A stretch of DNA of 14,821 nucleotides from a candidate division WOR-3 bacterium (GTDB taxonomy: Bacteria > Hydrothermota > Hydrothermia > JBDRYB01): NCBI GenBank assembly GCA_049969615.1, contig JBMFOM010000044.1, forward strand, positions 1 to 14,821. The letters are read 5' to 3'. Each line of letters opens with the position of its first letter. Within the stretch, counting starts at the first letter, position 1. This document shows positions 7,971 to 14,821 of this stretch, piece by piece. The translations under genes were made by a program, and so were the position numbers. The notes below the pieces were generated by a model, which did no database searches, was not told the origin of the DNA, and saw only the letters and a list, made by a program, of their open reading frames with translations.

Positions 7971-8330
7971 CTAGGATTCCTCCTCGTTGGTTACCTCAAC
8001 GATTATGTGGCTTGTTCTTCTTTTGATGGTGCTGTATCCACCGAACCTGAGAGGCTTTATGGCGGGTTTGAATATCCTCCAGGTTGGCCCCTGTTCTACT
8101 CTTACCGACGATACTACCATGTCGTCCTCATTTGCCCCTCCGCCGGATTTTGCTTTGCAGGCGGCCGCGGCCGCGGAGAGGGCCTTCTGGAAGATCGGGG
8201 CGGACCTCTTTAGCGTTATGGTTAGAATTGCCCTCGCCTCTGGCACGGACTTACCCTTTATTAGTTCCGCAACGAGCCGGGCCTTTTTGGGTGAGACCCG
8301 ACGATATTTCAGAACGCACCTGCCTGTCAT
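7971..8330 (-). CDS. rplV: 50S ribosomal protein uL22 (atypical beta-hairpin tip)
   Basis: [35 protein letters not shown] 8330 is preferred over TTG 8342. Confidence 0.95.
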   Translation of the reverse strand: MTGRCVLKYRRVSPKKARLVAELIKGKSVPEARAILTITLKRSAPIFQKALSAAAAACKAKSGGGANEDDMVVSSVRVEQGPTWRIFKPAIKPLRFGGYSTIKRRTSHIIVEVTNEEES

Positions 8331-8334
8331 ACTG

Positions 8335-8622
8335 TTATCCAACCTTTATCTTCAAAGCCTTCTTCGCTTCCTTGTGGCCCTTGAATGTTCTGGTGGGGGC
8401 GAACTCACCGAGTTTGTGTCCCACCATTTCCTGGGTCACATAGACCGGGATATGTTTGCGCCCGTTGTGTACCAGAAAAGTGTGGCCTATCATATCCGGG
8501 GTTATGGTGCATGACCTTGACCAGGTCTTCAGGGGTTTCTTTTCTCCGCTTTCGTTCATCGCTTTAACCCTGGCCAGAAGCCTGGTGTCCACATAGGGCC
8601 CTTTTTTAACTGATCTACCCAT
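8335..8622 (-). CDS. rpsS: 30S ribosomal protein uS19
   Basis: [38 protein letters not shown]. Start moved to ATG 8622 (TAATG overlap with rplB). Confidence 0.99.
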   Translation of the reverse strand: MGRSVKKGPYVDTRLLARVKAMNESGEKKPLKTWSRSCTITPDMIGHTFLVHNGRKHIPVYVTQEMVGHKLGEFAPTRTFKGHKEAKKALKIKVG

Positions 8623-9443
8623 TATTTTCTCCTTTTGACTATGAACCTGTCCGAGGCCTTTTTGCCACGCCTCGTCTTGGCTCCCCTGGCCATCCGCCCC
8701 CACGGAGTCTTCGGGACCTTGCCTTTGTTTCTTCCCTCTCCTCCGCCATGGGGGTGGTCAACGGGGTTCATCGCTACCCCACGGACATTGGGTTTTCTAC
8801 CCATGTGTCTGATCCTGCCGGCCTTTCCTATGATCACCTTTTCGTGGTCAGAGTTGGAGACCGTGCCGACCGTTGCGAAACACCGGCCGTCAAATATTCT
8901 CACCTCACCGGATGGCAACTGCACATGGACCCTGGTCTCCTCTTTGGAAAGAATGGTCGCGGATGTTCCGGCAGAGCGCACTATCTGCCCGCCCCTGCCG
9001 GGTATCATTTCCATGTTGTGAATCGGGAAACCCTCTGGTATCTCTATTATGGGCAAAGCATTGCCTGGCTTGACAGGCGAGCCCGGACCGGATATGACTG
9101 TGTCCCCAACCGATAGGCCCTCTGGCGCGAGTATATATCTGCGTTCCCCGTCCTTGTAAGCTATGAGCGCTATGAAGGCTGTCCTGTTGGGGTCGTATTC
9201 AATCGTCTTTACGGTGCCGGGTATACCTATTTTATCTCGCTTGAAGTCAATCTTCCTGTATATCCTTTTGTGTCCTCCGCCCCTCTGCCAAGCGGTTACC
9301 CTGCCCTGGTTGTTCCTACCAGAGGTATTTTTTATCCTCTTTCTGAGACTGCGCGGTGGCTTTGTCTTGGTGAGGCCGGAATAATCCGGAATGGTTATGT
9401 ATCGTCTGGAAGGCGTTGTTGGCTTGTAAGTCTTTATTCCCAT
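8622..9443 (-). CDS. rplB: 50S ribosomal protein uL2
   Basis: [37 protein letters not shown]. Confidence 0.99.
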   Translation of the reverse strand: MGIKTYKPTTPSRRYITIPDYSGLTKTKPPRSLRKRIKNTSGRNNQGRVTAWQRGGGHKRIYRKIDFKRDKIGIPGTVKTIEYDPNRTAFIALIAYKDGERRYILAPEGLSVGDTVISGPGSPVKPGNALPIIEIPEGFPIHNMEMIPGRGGQIVRSAGTSATILSKEETRVHVQLPSGEVRIFDGRCFATVGTVSNSDHEKVIIGKAGRIRHMGRKPNVRGVAMNPVDHPHGGGEGRNKGKVPKTPWGRMARGAKTRRGKKASDRFIVKRRK

Positions 9444-9444
9444 G

Positions 9445-9753
9445 TTATCCTACCTCCAGTTCACCTATGCGCTGGCCTTCCTTTAACCGTATAACAGCTT
9501 TTCTCCAACTGCGGCTACGGCCCGTGCGCCTACGATTTCTGGTCCTTTTGGGCTTGGGCTTAACGTTTATCACCTGGACATCCTCAACCTGGACGCCGAA
9601 TATGGTTTCAATTGCCCTCTTGACTGACTTCTTGGTAGCGCCGCGGGCAACCTCAAACACATACTGGTTGTATTGCTCCCGGAGGAATAGCGCGCGCTCG
9701 GTGAGTATGGGCCTGATGATTATGTCCCTAGGATCAACTATAGTAACCTTCAT
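9445..9753 (-). CDS. rplW: 50S ribosomal protein uL23
   Basis: [32 protein letters not shown]. Start moved to ATG 9753 (ATGA overlap with rplD, GGAGG upstream). Confidence 0.97.
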   Translation of the reverse strand: MKVTIVDPRDIIIRPILTERALFLREQYNQYVFEVARGATKKSVKRAIETIFGVQVEDVQVINVKPKPKRTRNRRRTGRSRSWRKAVIRLKEGQRIGELEVG

Positions 9754-10379
9754 GATAGCCTTTCCTCCAGGATCTTTATACATGGTTCCTCAAGGACCAG
9801 AAACTCTGACCAGAGTACATCATATGCGTTAGCCTCGTTGACATCGGTTACCCTGACCCGGTCTATGTTCCTTCCAGAAAGATATAGATTCCTGTTCCCC
9901 GGAGATGTGATTATGAGGGTGTTCTTGCCGGAGAGCTCGGCGGCCTTGAGGAATCCCCAAATATCCTTGGTCTTCGGGGACTCCATTTGGAAACCCGGCG
10001 AAACAACCACGATCCTCTTCTCCGAAGCCCTGTCAGAGAGGCTCATGGCGAGGGCCTTTCTGAGCGCTTTCCTTGGAAGGGAATAAGAATAGTCCCTCTT
10101 TCGGGGGCCATGGGCAACGCCTCCTCCCTTGAATATTGGCGCGTAGCGGTCGCCGTGCCTGGCCCTTCCGGTGTGTTTTTGTCGCCATATCTTTCGCCGG
10201 GAACCGATTACCTCTGCTCTGGTTTTTGCCTGGGCATTGCCCTGTCTCCGATTAGCCAGATACATCCTCACTGCTTCCCAAAGCAGGGCGGGGTTTGATT
10301 CCACGCCGAAAACCGCGGCCGGGAGGGCTGTCTCTCCGATCCTCTTTCCGTCTGGCGAATAAACAGGTGCCTTATCCAC
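9750..10379 (-). CDS. rplD: 50S ribosomal protein uL4
   Basis: ANRRQG..KTRAEV..KIWRQKHTGRARHG..GGGVAHGP; GTG start. Confidence 0.98.
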   Translation of the reverse strand: MDKAPVYSPDGKRIGETALPAAVFGVESNPALLWEAVRMYLANRRQGNAQAKTRAEVIGSRRKIWRQKHTGRARHGDRYAPIFKGGGVAHGPRKRDYSYSLPRKALRKALAMSLSDRASEKRIVVVSPGFQMESPKTKDIWGFLKAAELSGKNTLIITSPGNRNLYLSGRNIDRVRVTDVNEANAYDVLWSEFLVLEEPCIKILEERLS

Positions 10380-11052
10380 GGGATTGCCTCCTCTTGGAAG
10401 GGACTATGATCAGATAGCCACCGGTTGGGCCAGGAACCGCGCCACGAACCAGAAGAACCCCTTTCTCGGGCATGGCTCCGACTGCTTTTAGCCCGACCAC
10501 GGTCAGCTTTTCGTTCCCGTACCTGCCTGCCATTTTGAGGCCCTTGAAGACCTTTGATGGCTCGGAGTGCTGGCCTATTGAGCCGGGTCTCCTGCCGAAC
10601 TTTGACCCGTGGGCCTTTGGTCCTCCAGCAAATCCCCATCTTTTTACCCAACCGGCTGTTCCGCGGCCCTTTGTCATGCCCGTTACATCAACCCAGAAAT
10701 CATTTATCCAGGAAAGGCCTTCGGTTTCTTCAGCGAGAGGAACCAGGTCCTTCAGGTTTATTTCCTGGCCTACCTGGAAACTGCCTGTGTCGGCAACGCG
10801 GAACTCCTTTATGACCTCGGCCGGATACGTTTCCCTTTCTCCGAGGGCGTTTCTGAGCTGATTCAAGAGAGGCCTGGATATCCGGGAGGGTTTTTTGTCC
10901 CCGAATCCCACTTTGATTGCAGAGTAGCCGTCGCGGTCGGGCGTTTTCAGATCAAGAACGAAACAGGGCCCAACCCTTATCGCTGTGACGGGGATCATGA
11001 CCCCATCCTGGGATGGGACCCTGGTCATTCCTAACTTTATCCCTATGAGCAT
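10372..11052 (-). CDS. rplC: 50S ribosomal protein uL3
   Basis: GIKLGMT, DGYSA, VDVTGMTKGRG, PGSIG, MAGRYG, GAVPG. Confidence 0.98.
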   Translation of the reverse strand: MLIGIKLGMTRVPSQDGVMIPVTAIRVGPCFVLDLKTPDRDGYSAIKVGFGDKKPSRISRPLLNQLRNALGERETYPAEVIKEFRVADTGSFQVGQEINLKDLVPLAEETEGLSWINDFWVDVTGMTKGRGTAGWVKRWGFAGGPKAHGSKFGRRPGSIGQHSEPSKVFKGLKMAGRYGNEKLTVVGLKAVGAMPEKGVLLVRGAVPGPTGGYLIIVPSKRRQSRG

Positions 11053-11054
11053 GT

Positions 11055-11366
11055 TTAAACCACCTTTATCTCCACCTCCACGCCCGCGGGGAGGTCAAGA
11101 CGGGACAGCTTGTCTATGGTCTCGTTGGTGGAGGAAATTATCTCTATGAGCCTTCTGTGGACCTTCAGTTCAAAGTGCTCTTGACTTCTCTTATCTATGT
11201 GGGGGCCTCGTATCACCGAATATAGCGTTCTCCTTGTAGGCAGGGGAATCGGGCCCTTGACCTCCGCGCCAGTGGTGCGGGCCGTGAGCACTATTCGCCT
11301 TGCCCACACATCAAGGATAGCGGGATCAAAGGCCTTTAGCCTTATGCGTATCTTTCCCTCTACCAT
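11055..11366 (-). CDS. rpsJ: 30S ribosomal protein uS10
   Basis: KIRIRLKAFD, GPIPLPT, DLPAGVEVEIK. Confidence 0.99.
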   Translation of the reverse strand: MVEGKIRIRLKAFDPAILDVWARRIVLTARTTGAEVKGPIPLPTRRTLYSVIRGPHIDKRSQEHFELKVHRRLIEIISSTNETIDKLSRLDLPAGVEVEIKVV

Positions 11367-11368
11367 AT

Positions 11369-12568
<1,200 letters not shown>

Positions 12569-12570
12569 TT

Positions 12571-14622
12571 CTAAGACCTCCTATCTTTCTCATCAATAGC
12601 GGGCATGAACCCCGCTATTTTCATCCAGAAGTTTCCTCGACCCTGGGTCAGGTTTCTGAGGTCAGTGGCATACCCGAACATGCGTCTCAGGGGCGCCCTG
12701 GCCTTGATCTTGTCAATCGCGCCTGGTCCGGGCTCAAGGCCCAATACCTCGCCTCCCCGTCCTGCGAGGTCGGCCATCACATTTCCGAGGAACTCCTTTG
12801 GCACCAGAGTTTCAACCTCCACTACAGGTTCAAGAAGAAGACTGCCCCCCTTTTTGAAGGCCTCTTTGAATGCCGCGGTTAAAGCATGCCTGAGGCCTAA
12901 AGTGGTGGTGCCTTCTTCCAGGCTTATTTTCGTAAGTTGCACCTCTACATCAACCACAGGATACCCTGCGAGAGGCCCAAATGATAAAGCCTCAGCAAGT
13001 GCTCGTGCAAGCTCTTGATCAAGCTCATCCGGAAGACCCGGAAAAGGCGCGATCCGGTTTCCAGCACCCCTTTGGGTTGGAGCGACCGTGATCTCAACTG
13101 CTCCGCGGTGCCGGACATCGCCTATTACTCTGTCAAATTCCTCGTAGGCCGTTGCCTTTTCCGCTATTGTTTCCCTGTATGTCACCTGCGGCTTGCCAGC
13201 CCTGACCGGAACCTCAAATTCCCTCCTTATCCTATCAACGATTATCTCCAGGTGGAGTTCACCCATTCCGCGCAAGATGGTCTGACCGGTCTCCTCGTCC
13301 CTGATAACCTGGAGCGTTGGGTCCTCCAGGCTAAGGGCTGTTAACGCCTCGGTGAGTCGTTCCTCGTCCGCAGAGCTCTTTGGCTCCACCGCTACCGATA
13401 CGGCTGGCTCCGGGAAACTCATCCCTTCCATAATTATGGGATGGTCCGGGTCGGCTATGGTGTCGCCGGTCTGAGTGCCGGTCAGGCCTACCAAGACCAC
13501 TATTTCTCCGGGCTGAGCCTCGCGCAGTTGGGTGTGTTTTTCCGCGTGCATCAAGTATATCCTAGTGACGCGTGCAATTTGGCCCGTTCTAACATTGAGG
13601 ATCTTTTGATTTGCCCTGAGAACCCCTGAGTATATCCTAGTGTAATAGAAATAGCCAACATGCTTTTCGTGTTGGACTTTGAATATAACCCCGGCCAAAG
13701 GGGCGTCTGGTCTGGGCGGGCGCTCCTGGATCTCGTTGGTTCCGGGAACGGTCCCCTTTGCAGGGGGGATCTCCAGAGGATTGGGCAGGTAGCGGACTAT
13801 GGCATCCATGATGGGTTGAACGCCCTTGTTCTTGAAGGCCGAACCCATCAACACGGGAACAAATGCCCTGGCTATTACCCCTCTCCTTATGCCAATGTCC
13901 ATCTTTTCGGGGTTCACGAAGCCCTGCGCCTCGTATTCGTCCAATATATCCTCGTGGAATTCGGATGCGGCTATTACTATCTCCTCATACTCCTCGTAGA
14001 AATCCGATCTGTCCACATCTGTCTCGGTGAAAACGAGGCCGATCTCATCCTCCCACACTATCTTTTTCATTCGGAGCAGGTCTATGACGCCCTGCAGGTT
14101 TTCCTCCAGGCCAACCGGTTTTTGGATGACCAGAGGTGCCGCGCCGAGCCTCTCCCTCATCTCCTGGATGACCCTATCAGGGTTCGCACCCATCCGGTCA
14201 AGCTTGTTGATGAACGCGAGCCGCGGAACCCCATATCTGTCTGCCTGGTGCCAGACCGTCTCTGATTGCGATTCAACCCCTTCCACTGCTGAAAATATCA
14301 CCACCAGGCCATCCAGAACCCTCAGAGACCTTTCAACCTCCGCGGTGAAATCAACATGTCCTGGGGTATCAATGATATTTATCCTGTGGCCTAGCCATGT
14401 GCAGGTCGTGGTGGCCGCGGTGATGGTTATCCCCCGCTCGCGCTCCTGGGGCATCCAGTCAGTGACCGTTGTCCCATCGTCTACCTCCCCCATCCTGTGA
14501 GTTCGCCCTGAGTAGAAGAGAATCCGCTCTGTCATGGTTGTCTTGCCAGCGTCAATGTGCGCCGCGAAGCCGATGTTTCGGACTTTTGCAATATCATATT
14601 CCTCAGCCTTTTGCGCTGGCAT
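12571..14622 (-). CDS. fusA: Elongation factor G family GTPase with divergent domain IV (possible recycling-type EF-G2)
   Basis: [56 protein letters not shown] are intact; the domain IV QS/TGG and SYHxVDS loops are absent. Confidence 0.93.
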   Translation of the reverse strand: MPAQKAEEYDIAKVRNIGFAAHIDAGKTTMTERILFYSGRTHRMGEVDDGTTVTDWMPQERERGITITAATTTCTWLGHRINIIDTPGHVDFTAEVERSLRVLDGLVVIFSAVEGVESQSETVWHQADRYGVPRLAFINKLDRMGANPDRVIQEMRERLGAAPLVIQKPVGLEENLQGVIDLLRMKKIVWEDEIGLVFTETDVDRSDFYEEYEEIVIAASEFHEDILDEYEAQGFVNPEKMDIGIRRGVIARAFVPVLMGSAFKNKGVQPIMDAIVRYLPNPLEIPPAKGTVPGTNEIQERPPRPDAPLAGVIFKVQHEKHVGYFYYTRIYSGVLRANQKILNVRTGQIARVTRIYLMHAEKHTQLREAQPGEIVVLVGLTGTQTGDTIADPDHPIIMEGMSFPEPAVSVAVEPKSSADEERLTEALTALSLEDPTLQVIRDEETGQTILRGMGELHLEIIVDRIRREFEVPVRAGKPQVTYRETIAEKATAYEEFDRVIGDVRHRGAVEITVAPTQRGAGNRIAPFPGLPDELDQELARALAEALSFGPLAGYPVVDVEVQLTKISLEEGTTTLGLRHALTAAFKEAFKKGGSLLLEPVVEVETLVPKEFLGNVMADLAGRGGEVLGLEPGPGAIDKIKARAPLRRMFGYATDLRNLTQGRGNFWMKIAGFMPAIDEKDRRS

Positions 14623-14629
14623 ATCAATT

Positions 14630-14688
14630 CTCCCCTAACCACTATCTCCAAGCCCGAAAATTATAAGGCAAGGCCGGAGGCCGGAGAA
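14630..14688 (-). promoter_or_regulatory. Putative sigma70-type promoter and RBS for the fusA-tuf-S10-spc transcript
   Basis: Perfect TATAAT on the minus strand at 14660-14665; only a weak -35 (TTCTCC) at 17 nt spacing; GGGGAG SD 7 nt before the fusA ATG. Confidence 0.5.
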
Positions 14689-14819
14689 ACCCATTTTCTC
14701 CTTAATTCCCCTGATAAAAAGCCCCCGGCACGGAGGCTGGGGGCTGGCGTCAGGGGAAAGTCCTTTATTAGGACCTGGCCCTTTGCCAGGTTTATGACCT
14801 CAGAGACCTCCTTGTATCC
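14661..14819 (-). CDS. Possible 3' end of an unrelated upstream gene (window edge), PEGA/carboxypeptidase-regulatory-like beta domain; not rpsG
   Basis: The only minus frame that stays open from the edge reads GYKEVSEVINLAKGQVLIKDFPLTP..., resembling GYxxxxxxVxVxxGxxxxxxFxLxP. The other frames stop within 10 codons. None resembles the uS7 C-terminus. Confidence 0.35.
   Translation of the reverse strand, partial: GYKEVSEVINLAKGQVLIKDFPLTPAPSLRAGGFLSGELRRKWVSPASGLAL
14714..14745 (-). terminator. Putative intrinsic terminator upstream of fusA
   Basis: Minus strand GCCCCCAGC-CTCCGT-GCCGGGGGC followed by TTTTTAT, nested within an outer inverted repeat TTCCCCTGA (14706-14714) / TCAGGGGAA (14750-14758). 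Confidence 0.65.
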
Positions 14820-14821
14820 GG

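Noticed and set aside
5733-9783. ORF-track N-terminal extensions of rplE, rplN, rpsS and rplW
   Set aside because: Downstream ATGs match the canonical N-termini and overlap the upstream stop codons, so the extensions are longest-ORF artefacts.
10150-10195. uL4 tunnel loop QKHTGRAR (vs QKGTGRAR) as a novel resistance mutation
   Set aside because: The QKHTG variant occurs naturally in Thermus- and Thermotoga-type uL4.
14773-14791. 7-bp hairpin ACCTGGC/GCCAGGT
   Set aside because: Short, probably within coding sequence, and compatible with chance.

Overview
Minus-strand bacterial translation superoperon (genetic code 11): fusA-like, tuf, the complete S10 block (rpsJ-rplC-rplD-rplW-rplB-rpsS-rplV-rpsC-rplP-rpmC-rpsQ) and the spc block (rplN-rplX-rplE-rpsZ-rpsH-rplF-rplR-rpsE-rpmD-rplO-secY), with no intergenic gap over 8 nt. 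Both ends differ from the usual layout. (1) No rpsL/rpsG lies directly upstream. The leading EF-G follows a hairpin terminator and a TATAAT box, and it keeps all GTPase motifs but has lost both conserved domain IV tip loops, as recycling-type EF-G2 paralogues do. (2) Downstream of secY, where adk/map/infA usually sit, is an AT-richer, multiply frameshifted ABC/AAA-ATPase plus TOPRIM-like two-gene module whose ATG overlaps the secY stop. It resembles a decayed PARIS/OLD-like defence module. Several ribosomal proteins also have unusual changes at functional sites (uL22 tunnel hairpin, uL16 RMG loop, uS5). All calls come from manual motif recognition; no database searches were run.
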